The notes under the pieces: generated by a model | Databases searched by the model: none | What the model saw: the letters and a program-made list of their open reading frames with translations, nothing else | Told to the model about the DNA's origin: nothing | Made by a program: the position numbers and the translations under genes | DNA from: a virus | Lineage: Duplodnaviria > Caudoviricetes | Direction: 5' to 3' (one strand) | Length of the DNA: 63,259 bases | Virus record (IMG/VR): IMGVR_UViG_3300042112_000104 | Span: 1-63,259 of that record | In this document: positions 44,019 to 54,500 of the stretch, piece after piece | Position numbering within the stretch: position 1 is the stretch's first letter | Layout of the letters: each line of letters begins with the position of its first letter

Positions 44019-44762
44019 TCAGTTGTTGACGAAGTGCTGGCTCAGATCCCAGAGCTTCTGGTTGAACTGCACGTCCGCTGACGGCGACGAGATGCGGCGG
44101 ATGCCGTGATAGCGGCTACCGCGAGAAACCGTCTCCTGAACGCGATTGAAGACGCTCCACAGGTCGTTGCGGACATCCTCCTCGCGGCGGACAACGCCAA
44201 GCGCGTTGAGTTGATCCTCCGTAGGCTCATCCCAGCGGAGCTTGGCGGCTTCCATGACGAAGGTCATCTCCACCAGCGGATGGAGTTTGACGCTACGCAT
44301 GGCCTTGATGCTCTCCAGCATTTCGGGTGCGCGTTGCGCGATGGTGTGAACGGCTTCATGCGCTGCCTCGACGTTGGCCTGACGATGGATCAGGCGCGTC
44401 TGGAACAGCGAGGAGCCAGCGATGATGCCGTTGCTGCAGACGAAACGGAAGAAGCCAAGCGCGATACGCAGCGAGGATTTTCCGTCATGGCTGTTGATGA
44501 TGACGATCTCAGGCTGACCCTCAACTCCAGCGGCAGGCATGATATCGTTGTGGCGGAGGCGGACAACGTGCTTTTGGAATCCGCGAGTCTCCGCGCTGTT
44601 GGCGCGGCAAACCTCGACGCTGCGCGGAACGAATCCATGCGGCTCAAGGTAGCTGATGATGTCGCGAGTCGATACGAATCCGTATTTGTCGCTTGTGGTC
44701 TTAGCTGCATGACTCGCCTCAACGGGAGTCAGCGCCGTGTTGTAGTCTAGGTTACTGATCAT
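44019..44762 (-). CDS. DUF932/DUF945-family protein
   Basis: KHVVRLR...IINSHDG...GFFRFVCSNG...DLWSVFNRVQE. Confidence 0.8.
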   Translation of the reverse strand: MISNLDYNTALTPVEASHAAKTTSDKYGFVSTRDIISYLEPHGFVPRSVEVCRANSAETRGFQKHVVRLRHNDIMPAAGVEGQPEIVIINSHDGKSSLRIALGFFRFVCSNGIIAGSSLFQTRLIHRQANVEAAHEAVHTIAQRAPEMLESIKAMRSVKLHPLVEMTFVMEAAKLRWDEPTEDQLNALGVVRREEDVRNDLWSVFNRVQETVSRGSRYHGIRRISSPSADVQFNQKLWDLSQHFVNN

Positions 44763-44811
44763 GGTGTGTATGTATGGTTAGTTGTTAAGTGTCCCTTAAT
44801 GGAACATGGGT

Positions 44812-44840
44812 AGTATTGCCCATGCTGGTCTGACGCACAA
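44812..44840 (-). promoter_or_regulatory. Early promoter P3
   Basis: TTGTGC-17 bp-AATACT, A-tracts upstream, CATGGG-N8-CCCATG palindrome over -10. Confidence 0.65.
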
Positions 44841-44860
44841 GGGTTTTTTCAAACTTTTTT

Positions 44861-45070
44861 TCAGGCCCATTTTACTCTGTTAAATGCCTCGGAAGGCTGC
44901 TTTTTGCTGGCCTCTCGACGCATCTTGTCTTCCAGAATTTCCAGATCCCGCATGATGCCGATTGCGCGGCCAATTGGGATGCGGATTTCGTCCATGCCGT
45001 TTTTTTGAGCAGCGCGAATTTGCACTGCGAGCAAAGGACGCACAGCATTTATGACATACTTTGCGTTCAT
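44861..45070 (-). CDS. Hypothetical early protein
   Basis: ATGA-coupled. Confidence 0.5.
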   Translation of the reverse strand: MNAKYVINAVRPLLAVQIRAAQKNGMDEIRIPIGRAIGIMRDLEILEDKMRREASKKQPSEAFNRVKWA

Positions 45071-45354
45071 TGATTTTCAAACAGCGAGAGGATCGGGCTT
45101 TGTTCAATCTCGGAGTAATCCATCCCCTCAATGATGTTGGATGATGCGGCGATCTCCGCATCACGAATCCAATCCTCCAGCGATTGGTGGTTGAGGCGGC
45201 ACACGTTGACGTTGCACCCCATTTGGTAGCCAGTGACTTTTTCAAGGAAGTAAAAGTAACCGTCTCCATTTCCGTGGATGACGAGGCCAGTGTGTTCAAT
45301 GGCCTTGTTGATGCGATTAATCGTGAGCATTGGCATCCCCCTTGATTCCAGCAC
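45067..45354 (-). CDS. Hypothetical early protein (start probably MLTINR)
   Basis: GDGYFYF motif; coupled to neighbours. Confidence 0.55.
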   Translation of the reverse strand: MLESRGMPMLTINRINKAIEHTGLVIHGNGDGYFYFLEKVTGYQMGCNVNVCRLNHQSLEDWIRDAEIAASSNIIEGMDYSEIEQSPILSLFENQ

Positions 45355-45547
45355 AGCCTATGTGCTCAAGCTGCTCGCGGCAGACGTTTTCAAAGTATCC
45401 CCGCACGTCTGCCATGATGCCATTCGGCCCCCTGCAGATAATGCCCGTATTAGGGCCAAGTGCCGTCCCGTAGTTCAGCACCCAAGCCTCTGGATTCACG
45501 TCGAGCGTGAAGTTGATTTTAACCCGAATTGATTTTGGTCTTTTCAT
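45317..45547 (-). CDS. Hypothetical early protein
   Basis: AATACATAC immediately before ATG. Confidence 0.55.
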   Translation of the reverse strand: MKRPKSIRVKINFTLDVNPEAWVLNYGTALGPNTGIICRGPNGIMADVRGYFENVCREQLEHIGCAGIKGDANAHD

Positions 45548-45616
45548 GTATGTATTGGTTTGTGGCTCGCCATTGGCGCTCCATGCCGCCCTGCGCTTGG
45601 CAGGGCGGGAGGAACG

Positions 45617-46243
45617 TCAGCGGCTGTGCATCGTTTCGTAGTAGCAAGCGTAGTCCTCGGCGGTAGGTGTGCCGCCCCAATCTTTGCGGTCATCGCATTC
45701 CTCGTAGCCCATCTCGTATTCGGCTTTTTCGGCCAGCGTCAGGTCGGTGATGCGCTCGCCCTCGTAAGCGCCAGCCATGTAGAAGTGCGGGTTTTTGCTG
45801 CGGCCATAGTAGGCATCAGAATGACCCCTGTCCCAAGGACTGCCGTGACCGCGATCCATGCGCCTGCGGGTGATCTCGGCGCGGCCAGCGCTGGAGGCAT
45901 ACAACGCCTTGCGCTTGGCATCTAGCTCCGCCTGCACGTCAATGCGCTCGCACGGGTAGGCAATCTTGCCGTCGAACTCCATTTGGCTTTTTTCAAACGG
46001 GGTTTGGAACGAGGCTTCAACTTCCTGCCAATCGGACGGGAATTCTTTGAAGCTGATGTTGTTTGAGCAACGCGCAGCGATATAGGCCACTGCGTCCTGA
46101 ATGCGTTGCAGGCCCGTGACGATGTATTCGTTGCCGCTCTTGAACTTCCAGTAAGCGTTGCCGTTGATGAAGCGCCCGTCTTGATCGTGCGCTCCGTAGT
46201 TTTCGATGATTTGAGTTTGGATGTAGAACGTAGGTGTATTCAT
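45617..46243 (-). CDS. Two-domain early hypothetical protein
   Basis: TQIIENYGAHD...YWKFKSG N-domain plus HGSPWDRG.SDAYYGR...KDWG C-domain; start after promoter P2. Confidence 0.65.
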   Translation of the reverse strand: MNTPTFYIQTQIIENYGAHDQDGRFINGNAYWKFKSGNEYIVTGLQRIQDAVAYIAARCSNNISFKEFPSDWQEVEASFQTPFEKSQMEFDGKIAYPCERIDVQAELDAKRKALYASSAGRAEITRRRMDRGHGSPWDRGHSDAYYGRSKNPHFYMAGAYEGERITDLTLAEKAEYEMGYEECDDRKDWGGTPTAEDYACYYETMHSR

Positions 46244-46277
46244 TGATGTATGTATGGTTGAGGTTTGAGTTAATGCT

Positions 46278-46577
46278 CTATTGAGCGTGATCAATATGGG
46301 GAGTTTCCCCCATGCCGTCAAGCGGTTTTTTTGGGGCGATATAGCGCCACATGAAGCCAATGGTTTCCCCGCCCTCCACGATGGTTTCAAAGACATGGTT
46401 GGGGCTTGGGGGCTTGCCAATAGGCGTCAGGACGATCTCTGTGCCGCCACAGGACGGGCGGGTGCTGACTAGGCACTCAGAGCCTTCCGACAGCTTCAGG
46501 CGCTTCCTGAAGGCTTTGGGAACCGTTACTTGGCCCTTGGTGCTGAACTTCACCTTCTTGAGGGGGAGGGGCTTCAT
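46278..46577 (-). CDS. AbrB/MazE/SpoVT-family DNA-binding protein
   Basis: KFSTKGQVTVPKAFRKRLKLSEG. Confidence 0.8.
   Translation of the reverse strand: MKPLPLKKVKFSTKGQVTVPKAFRKRLKLSEGSECLVSTRPSCGGTEIVLTPIGKPPSPNHVFETIVEGGETIGFMWRYIAPKKPLDGMGETPHIDHAQ
46293..46321 (-). promoter_or_regulatory. Early promoter P2
   Basis: TTGACG-17 bp-CATATT, upstream A-tract. Confidence 0.7.
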
Positions 46578-47143
46578 TTAGCCCCTCCTTTCATTTTGCG
46601 GGTCGGCCACTGGTTGAAGACTTTGCCCAAGCAGGACACGTTCAGGATCTGCTGCGTCCTCCACTGCTCCGTGCCGCTTGCCTTTTCAACGGTCAGGATG
46701 CTGTAGTCCCACAGGTGACCGACAACGCTGGCACTGACCACGCCTTCGCCAACTTTGGCAGTCAGCTTGGCAACGTATGCGTCAAACGATGCGCCAGCGT
46801 CCTTGCGGACTTGCTCAATCGCACGGGCATAACGCGCTTCGCTGATGCGAACCAACTCAGGAGCACCATAGGGACGGCATCCAAACTCGTTTTTATTGGA
46901 CGCTTCGGTGATGTTCTGGATCTGCGCGCGGAAGTTCAGCTTGTAGACGTAGGAAGCGCGACTGTCGCGCATACCATTCGGGCGAGGAGCAGCCTTGTTG
47001 ATGTCATAACCGTGCTCAGCGAGCAGCGGCTTGATTGTGTTCTCGACGTAGTTGATGAACGCTTTTTCAGCGCGATCAACGCACTCGGTTTTCTGCGGCT
47101 CAATGGCAGCGGCTATCGGGTTGGTATGTATTGATGTATTCAT
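46574..47143 (-). CDS. First early gene, hypothetical
   Basis: Directly downstream of promoter P1. Confidence 0.65.
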   Translation of the reverse strand: MNTSIHTNPIAAAIEPQKTECVDRAEKAFINYVENTIKPLLAEHGYDINKAAPRPNGMRDSRASYVYKLNFRAQIQNITEASNKNEFGCRPYGAPELVRISEARYARAIEQVRKDAGASFDAYVAKLTAKVGEGVVSASVVGHLWDYSILTVEKASGTEQWRTQQILNVSCLGKVFNQWPTRKMKGGAK

Positions 47144-47151
47144 CAGGTAGG

Positions 47152-47180
47152 AGTATTGCCCATCTCCTGCCTGCGGTCAA
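47152..47180 (-). promoter_or_regulatory. Early promoter P1
   Basis: TTGACC-17 bp-AATACT, A-tract upstream, just after a terminator. Confidence 0.7.
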
Positions 47181-47227
47181 TAGCCTTTTTTAAGGAAATT
47201 TTACTCTGTTAAATGCCCCTTTGGGGC

Positions 47228-47261
47228 AAAAAAGTGGGGGAGAGACTTTCGCCTCTCCCCC
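47228..47261 (-). terminator. Rho-independent terminator ending late transcription
   Basis: GGGGGAGAG-GCGAAAGT-CTCTCCCCC followed by ACTTTTTT on the minus strand. Confidence 0.85.
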
Positions 47262-47300
47262 TTGCACCTCACCAGTGCATTATGCCCATCTTGCCCGTGC

Positions 47301-47582
47301 CTAGTTAGCGTCTGGCTGGACTACTTGCAAGTCTGGATTTGCAGTCTCCTCGCTCGGCTGCTGAGCCTGCTCGTCAGGTTGCTCTGCGGCGTCTTTCGTA
47401 GTCAGCTTCTCAAGCAACGCCACAGCGACCATCAAGCGCATGGAATGCAGCTTGGTCTGCAGCAGAATGTCTTGAAAGACTGCTTCGGGGGTAACTTCGT
47501 CCATGTTGATTTGACTCAGAACGGATTGGACAAGTTCGTCTGGAGTCTTGGGCTGCTCGTTTGTTTGGTTTTCTTCGCTCAT
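47301..47582 (-). CDS. Acidic hypothetical protein
   Basis: ATGA-coupled. Confidence 0.55.
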   Translation of the reverse strand: MSEENQTNEQPKTPDELVQSVLSQINMDEVTPEAVFQDILLQTKLHSMRLMVAVALLEKLTTKDAAEQPDEQAQQPSEETANPDLQVVQPDAN

Positions 47583-47848
47583 TGGTTTTCTTCCTGAGAA
47601 GTTTCTGCATCAATGACCTGAGAAGACTCGACATCAATAATTTCTTCGGGTCTTGATTGGCCTGCTGCCGCAATGCCTTCTTTCATCATTGCCAAAGCGT
47701 GTTCGCGCAATTTCTTGTTTCTCTCTTGTGCCTCAAAAAACTCTTTACGCATTCCTTCTTGGAATGTTTGAAGTTCTTCTTCAGAAGGAAGAGAAGGAGG
47801 CGGAATTTCTTCCAGAGGCATTTGTTGGAATGGGATTTCTTCGTTCAT
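47579..47848 (-). CDS. Acidic hypothetical protein
   Basis: A-rich leader, coupled to downstream gene. Confidence 0.55.
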   Translation of the reverse strand: MNEEIPFQQMPLEEIPPPSLPSEEELQTFQEGMRKEFFEAQERNKKLREHALAMMKEGIAAAGQSRPEEIIDVESSQVIDAETSQEENQ

Positions 47849-47859
47849 AGTTTTAATAG

Positions 47860-48123
47860 TTATTTTTCTAGGGATTCTCTTTCAACAAGCATTGCCGTAG
47901 CAATTTCATACGCTCGTTTAGCCAGTGTTTCTGGCGCATAGTTGTCTTTGAAAAATCCAGCGAGAAGACCCTGCATTGCCATGCCTGCGAGCCAATCACG
48001 AATAGCCATGCCGCTGTTCGGCCTAATGGCAGGGATCTTCCCGTCTCCCGCGAATGCGTTGACGGGGAATGCTGGATGGTTGTTAAGGCGAGCCATATCT
48101 ATTGATGTAGTTGATGCGTTCAT
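47860..48123 (-). CDS. Phage hypothetical protein
   Basis: PAFP...GMAIRDWLAGMAMQG...AYEIA.AML pattern. Confidence 0.65.
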   Translation of the reverse strand: MNASTTSIDMARLNNHPAFPVNAFAGDGKIPAIRPNSGMAIRDWLAGMAMQGLLAGFFKDNYAPETLAKRAYEIATAMLVERESLEK

Positions 48124-48177
48124 AAATTTATTTATAGGATTGGACGCTACGCAATGTGTGTTGCTCCTGCAAGGAAA

Positions 48178-48251
48178 TAGCGGGGAGAGGATTTGAACCT
48201 CTGACCTCTTGGTTATGGGCCAAGCGAGCTACCTGACTGCTCCACCCCGCA
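48178..48251 (-). tRNA. tRNA-Met(CAU), initiator-like but atypical; CCA not encoded
   Basis: Full cloverleaf TGCGGGG TG GAGC AGTCAGGTA GCTC G CTTGG CCCATAA CCAAG AGGTC AGAGG TTCAAAT CCTCT CCCCGCT A. Confidence 0.9.
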
Positions 48252-48257
48252 AAGTTG

Positions 48258-48413
48258 TTATTTAGCGCGTTTTGCTGCAGCCTTCTTCGCCCTAGCCTTG
48301 CGCTGAACAGAATAAGCAATGGCTAACGCCTGCTTCTTGGGCTTGCCAGCCTTTAGTTCGGCCTTGAGGTTTCGGGTGAAGCAGTTCTGCGAGGCGCATT
48401 TTCGGATAGGCAT
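48258..48413 (-). CDS. Small basic protein (51 aa, not in ORF track)
   Basis: MPIRKCASQNCFTRNLKAELKAGKPKKQALAIAYSVQRKARAKKAAAKRAK, translated by hand. Confidence 0.7.
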   Translation of the reverse strand: MPIRKCASQNCFTRNLKAELKAGKPKKQALAIAYSVQRKARAKKAAAKRAK

Positions 48414-48414
48414 T

Positions 48415-48597
48415 TTAGACCTCCACTCCTACGGCTTCTGCCAGTTTGTTGATGTTACCGTTGTCCAATTCAAACGCTAGTTTGATTACTTCGGACTCAT
48501 CGGTTGTTTTCGGATCGTAGTAGATCTCGCCGCCAACGTAGGGAACGGCTTCCCAGCCTTCTGGGCGCTCGTCCCATTCTGAAAGAAGGATGTCCAT
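48415..48597 (-). CDS. Small acidic hypothetical protein
   Basis: TAATG-coupled to the giant gene. Confidence 0.5.
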   Translation of the reverse strand: MDILLSEWDERPEGWEAVPYVGGEIYYDPKTTDESEVIKLAFELDNGNINKLAEAVGVEV

Positions 48598-51500
48598 TAA
48601 GGTATGATAAGGGGCGGATTGGGGGTTTTCAACATCGAACCTATGATATCGTTGTCGTTCACGGGTCTACCCTCTTTGAGGTTTTGTGACAAGGTCGGAT
48701 GTTGTTTCGCGTAGTTCGGGAACAGGCTGGGCAAGTAAACGGGCGTTTTAATCAGGAAGTTGTTCCCGTTGGCTGGGCCAAGCATCATCCACGGATACGA
48801 GGGATGGACTTTGAACTTCGGATTCTTGAGGAGGGTATCACGCATTTTCCGCTCAGAAGCTGACATTGCCGCCTCTTGTTTCGGGTCTTTGCCAAAATAT
48901 AGCGCAAACGCATCGGGATTTGTCGAAAGCTGAATGACGGCAACTGCCTGACCAACTTTGGAGTTAATCATGTCCTCACTGTCCTGCAGCGCCTTAACCA
49001 CATTGGGCAACTGCGGAAGCCCTGATACCTTCTCCATCGCGGCCCCTCGCGCCGTAAACGAGTATCCCATGAACTCCTGCATGAAGTTCTTGTTGGCTCC
49101 CAAGGCGAGCAGGCGCTTAAACCACGCCTTATTCTTGTTGGCGTTGTAAATCTGCTTGGCCTTGTCCTCGGCTTTTTTCAGGAACTCTGGGGTGTCTCTA
49201 GCGATCCAATTCTTAACGGGTGTAAGCGATTCATTGTATTTAATGATGGCCTTGTCCGTTGGCGTGTTTTTCGGAGGTGGAATAGGGGGCAGACCCTTCT
49301 CACGGCGCTTCCTGTTAAGCGCTCCGCGCTTGATTGCCTCCTTGATCTTGTCCGCCTTCAAGTTGCCTAGCTCCAAAGCAACGTGAGCCATCTCTACTAC
49401 CCAAGGTTCCAATTTGTTTGCCTTATTAAAGGCGTCCATTTCTTGGATATATTCCGTTCCGAAAGCAATATTAGACCTATGGGCATGGTCTTCCATGATC
49501 TGAACGATGTGGTAGCCGTCATCAACGCTTGTCGCCATACGGTTTTTGACCGCTGTGACTTGGTTCTGACCAAGATTCCCCCATACAACCTTGTATTCTT
49601 TGCCGTCAGGCCCAATCACTGTTTCCTGATTCGATATAAGCCAAGGATGCATCGGGCCACCCATGTCTTTGCCAAGCGTATGGTGCCTATCAGCTTGTAG
49701 CATTCCTGCCCTTTTGCCGCTGATAGTGCTGATGTCTTTGACCTCAGGCTCTACAACGCGAGTCGGATCCATCTTAGCCAAGATGACATTGCCGTCAGTG
49801 TCTTCTAGGCCAACATAATAGAATCCGCGCTGAGGAGTTTTCTTCGGCAGTTTGACCCGTCCTTCTTGGGCAACGGTAAAGTCAGCAACGGGAGGATTCT
49901 TGCGCTTGGGAAGAAACTGCGTGAAGCCAGTAATCTCGGCTGCATTAACAAAGCCCTTCTCAAGGTTATTGCCCTCAACATCTATGGGCTTGTCGAATTC
50001 AACCTCATAAAACAAGCGCGATACGTTCTCAGGAAGGTTCACCGTTTTCGGAACGATTTCTGCAATGCCCGTGAGGGTTCCAGAAGCGTCTTGGTTCATT
50101 TTTGTGGCTGCAATTTTGTAGCCCTCAACGTCAGGAACATAAGTTTGTGGCGCGGTTCTCCACGTTTGCCCCTCATTCAGTTCGACCAAATTCTCTAGCG
50201 CTCTCGTCTCTTCGTCATTTTTCGCTACGGCTTCGCCCTCATACTGGAACCCAATGCGCTCCAATGTGTCTTGAATCGTCTCGCCCTCTTCCATTAGGGG
50301 ATTCGGCTCATCGGGAATACGGCGCGATATAAATCCTGCTGGGGTTTCCGTCACTTCATTGAACTCAGGATTCAGCATTTCTTCAATTGCTGCTGCCTCG
50401 TCACGGTCTGCCTGTTCCTGCGTCTTGCCCATCGTGCGCTGATAGAGCAGATCCATCGTCTCTGGTTGGATGTCTACAAAGTCAGACATGACCTGAGCGG
50501 CATTCAGAACATCGTTATTGGCCGAATAGCCGGGGTTGTAGCCCTCTGGGAACGTGCCTGCAGGAGGATGCACGGCAGACATCACATTGGATATATCGAC
50601 TAATATATCGTCAATTGGGCGCTGCATCCCGTTCGGGAAGTTTTCTTTCAGCACCATAAACGGATCAACCCGCTTGCCGCTACGCTTGTCTAAAGCGCCA
50701 ACTTCAGGAAGCGATGCCGCCAAATCCGAAAACAAATCCATCATGTAGCTCATCGCCGTCTTGTTCAGTTCAATGGACTTGGTTAGTTCCGCCGCCCTTT
50801 CTTCTGCGTCTGGCACTGGAATCTCTCCACGGTTCAGGCGCTCCAAAAAGCGTGTATATTGGCGCTGCAAGACAAACGGCTCAAAATCGTCTAAAATCCT
50901 TCGGGCTATGGTGGTCAGGTGAAAAGACCTGTCCAGATTGCCCAAAACCGCTGCAGGAACCCCCGTGAGAGGCACATTGACCAAGTCTAAGGCTCCCTCC
51001 TCAAATCGATCTTTGCGCCGTAGAACGTCATCCTCAGGCAAATTAGGATCCCTTTCGTAGCGCCTGCTCGGCATGAATTCTGGCTGCTGGCCCCTGCGGG
51101 GATCGTTTTCGTCCGTAAGGCGATCAATCGAATCGACCCATTCAATCCACTGCTGCTCGCCGTAACGGCTCTTCATCAGGCTGACGATGGCTTCCTTATT
51201 ATAGCCATATTCGATGGCCTTGGTGCCGTTGGCAAAGTTGATTACCCATTGGGTATTCAGGGCATCATCAAGGAGGCGCTCACTAGACGGCAGACGATCA
51301 AAGTATGCTGGTGTCGCCTCTTGGCGCATCTGCTCGTTTTCTATCTGGTCTTCTAGGCTGGGGATTAGTGACTCAAACCCGTTGATTCGGAGCGTATTTT
51401 CCCAAGCCCCAGCCTGATACTTCGGATTGTCTGTTCCGACAATTGGCGCTTCCAGCGCTTCAAATTGCGCCATCGGAAGACTGTTGTCTTCAAACATCTT

Positions 51501-54500
51501 TTGTAGCTCAGCCTGAGCCTGCTCAAATGTCTTGAACGAGCCGGGGAACAGCAGCTTGGAATCTGCAGAAGAGTCTCCCTCAAAATACAATTCAGGCGAG
51601 AATGCTCCGCGCCCGTCTGGCCCCGGCACGATGCGGATTCGCGCAAGCCAGCTTCCCTTCTTCTTATTCAATTCGCCGTCAAAGCGGACAAACGTAGCAG
51701 GCTCGCGTTGCGGCATGAATTGCGGCTGGCCCTCTTGCTCTACGCGACTAATAACGCTAGGCGATAGATCGATCTTCCACATTGGAACCAATCCCTCAAC
51801 TAGCTTTTTTTGGAAATCTAAAGCCTCTTCAACCGTTTTGAAGCGAGGACTAATCGGCTTGGTATTGTCCTCCATGCTCACCCAAAATTCTTTTTCTGTT
51901 TTGTTCCACTCGCTGCGTAGTCTGGTATCAGTTGCCTGCATACCATATTCTGGAACCCTGAGAAATGTGTCGGCAACCTTGGCCCCATAGGGCTTCATAT
52001 ATTTGCCGATATCGGATGGCTGAACGATATCGTAATAGCCCTTCATGCCTTCGCCACCAATCGTAAGATCTGCTTCAGATATGCTTTGTTCGCTTCCAGT
52101 TGCGGAAGAAGTTATTTGCTGGGCGATCTTGTTCCCCACAATCTCTTTCAATTTAACTTCTGCGGGGCGCTTTCCTTCTGCGGCCTCTCCACGAACCTGT
52201 TCTAGAATGTCTTTTATGCGACCCTCTCCAGCAAGAACGGTTCCATCACTTTGACGAACTCGCGCCGTTCCAATTACACCGGGCGTTTGCAAAACTTCTA
52301 CGTCTTCCCCTTCTGTAACATTCTGATCGTAAATAGGATCACCCTTGTAAAAGAAAACGTCTATTCCGTCTTCTCCATTTTTATAGTATCTGATGTTGTC
52401 AATAATTTGACGCATCATGTCTTGGTATCTTTGGACTTGTGTGACTCCTTTTGTCCATCCAATCCACTCAACCCCGTTTTGAGCAATAGGTTTTGACGGA
52501 ATAGCCATCATCGCTTGCACCGCTTCGGGGCTGGTAGGCCCATAAGCAACTTTATAACGCTCAAAGCGTTCGACTGCCGCATCGAATTCGTTTCTGCGGA
52601 TGGCTTCATCAGAGCTTACAGCCTTTTCTAATATTCGCTTAAACAACTGCAAACCCCAATCGCGCTTAAACGGCATATCGGGTATGCCAGCGAAATCGCC
52701 ATCTTCGGCCTCTTGCCTATTTACCGCAGTGTCAATTAAATTGGATGCCATTTCACCGATAGTAATCGGCACTTGTGTAAGCGGGTCGATTGCTTCGGTT
52801 TGGTCGGCCAGCATTTTTTTCAATGCAGACTTCAATGCAGATGCCTCCATTGCATCGGCTTCTATCCTTGCATCGTGATAAGGCGCATTTCTATCCATCA
52901 GCGGATATGCGCTGATATCGCGTTCAACTTCCTCAATGGTTTTCTTTGCGGCCTCTCCGCTTTGCTTTGCAAGCAACGCAACGTAGATTTCTTCCAAACG
53001 CCACCTATTTAAAGTGTCAATTAGTTTGGCAGGATCTTCTTCGCGCCAGCCATAGTCCCGCCCCTTTTGTGATCTGTCCGATTGGAACTCTTCAATCATT
53101 ATGCCCAAGCGGCCATTCTCATCATAACGATATTTATATCTGACATGGGCCAAATAACCCGGGGTTCGCCTATAGTGTCCTGATCTAAATTCTTTTAGCG
53201 GCTTGCCTTCGCGATTTGGGCGCGGAGTCATGGTTAGAACGGTTTCGTAATAACCGTCTCCTCCAGCAAGCGTCAGTTCCATTGTATTGTATTGCTGCCC
53301 ACCATCAACTGTCAGCAACTCAGGACGGTTTCCGCGAATGTGTTCCAGCAAAAGGTCTTTACTGATTTTCCCTCCGCCTTGAGAGGCCAGCTTATTGATG
53401 ACGTTTATTGCATCAGAGAAAATCACTTCATCTTCCCTGACTTTGTTCGGTGAATTCCAAGCGACTCGCACCGTAGCGTCTTCAGACTCTCTGGCCCGTG
53501 CTGCAGCTTCTGCCACAGCCTTTTGATCAGCGGGGACTCTAGCAATCACAGAAGTCTTTTGCTTGCCGTCAATGGTAGCAGTCTCCGTGACAATATATTC
53601 GCCAAGCATTGCTTTTGCTTGTTCTGGAGTTACGAACTTGCCCTGAATCTTGCTATTTAGCGTTCTTTCAAGCTGACTGTAGAACCCTTGTTCGCTTGTC
53701 GGCTCTTTCATTTCCCTGCGGGGCATAAATGTCGGAAGGCTGTTCGTGTTTACAGCATCTGCAAGCGCTGGCGTGATCGGGAATATCCACCCTTCGTCGG
53801 CGTCGAGATAGTCAATGTTTTTACGCTTCTGCGCTTCGCCCACGGCTTTTTCAAGCGTCTTGTATTCTGCTACAGCGCGATCAGGGGCGGTTGGATCCAT
53901 TGGGTCTTGAGGATCTTTCATGCCCAAATAAACCAACTCTCCAGTGCCTTGATCCTGTGGCTTGGGAACCTGAAACGGAAACACTTTGCTGCCGTATTTC
54001 TTCAGGAATTTGTTAACTTCATTTACGGCAATCTCATCATAATAAGGCTTGAACTTCAGACCTCCGAAAAACGTAGATCCGCGCTTTGGTTTGATGGTGT
54101 CGCTAATTCCCTCTTTGCCCTTGCGGACAATTTCATCGGCCATTTCCTTCGGAATAATTTTGTCAAGAGCCTTGCCCTTAAAATCAAAACGTCCCATGCC
54201 GGGCGACATCTCGCTAAAAATGATCTCTTTGGTATTTGGATCGACAGTCAAATAGGCATATATCCCGCTGGAAGGATACAGCAAAACCTCCATCTGCCCT
54301 GCATCGTTGACCGATCTATATTCCACCTTTTCCAAGGGAACCAAATCGCGCCAGCGTTTGGCCTGCGTTTTGCCGCCTGACCAATAAACATACTTGTGTC
54401 CGCTTTTAACTGCATCAACGATTTGATTTTTGATCAAAGCCAAGCCCCACTCGCGGCTTTGGCTGAATGGAGCCTCAGGAGGAGCTTCGGCATTTTTTGG

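Noticed and set aside
44106-44750. 214-aa + strand ORF
   Set aside because: Antisense to the DUF932-like gene
46278-46577. Toxin-antitoxin pair around the AbrB/MazE-like gene
   Set aside because: No PIN, MazF or RelE-like neighbour recognised
48128-48319. 63-aa minus-strand ORF
   Set aside because: Overlaps the tRNA and the better-supported 51-aa basic ORF
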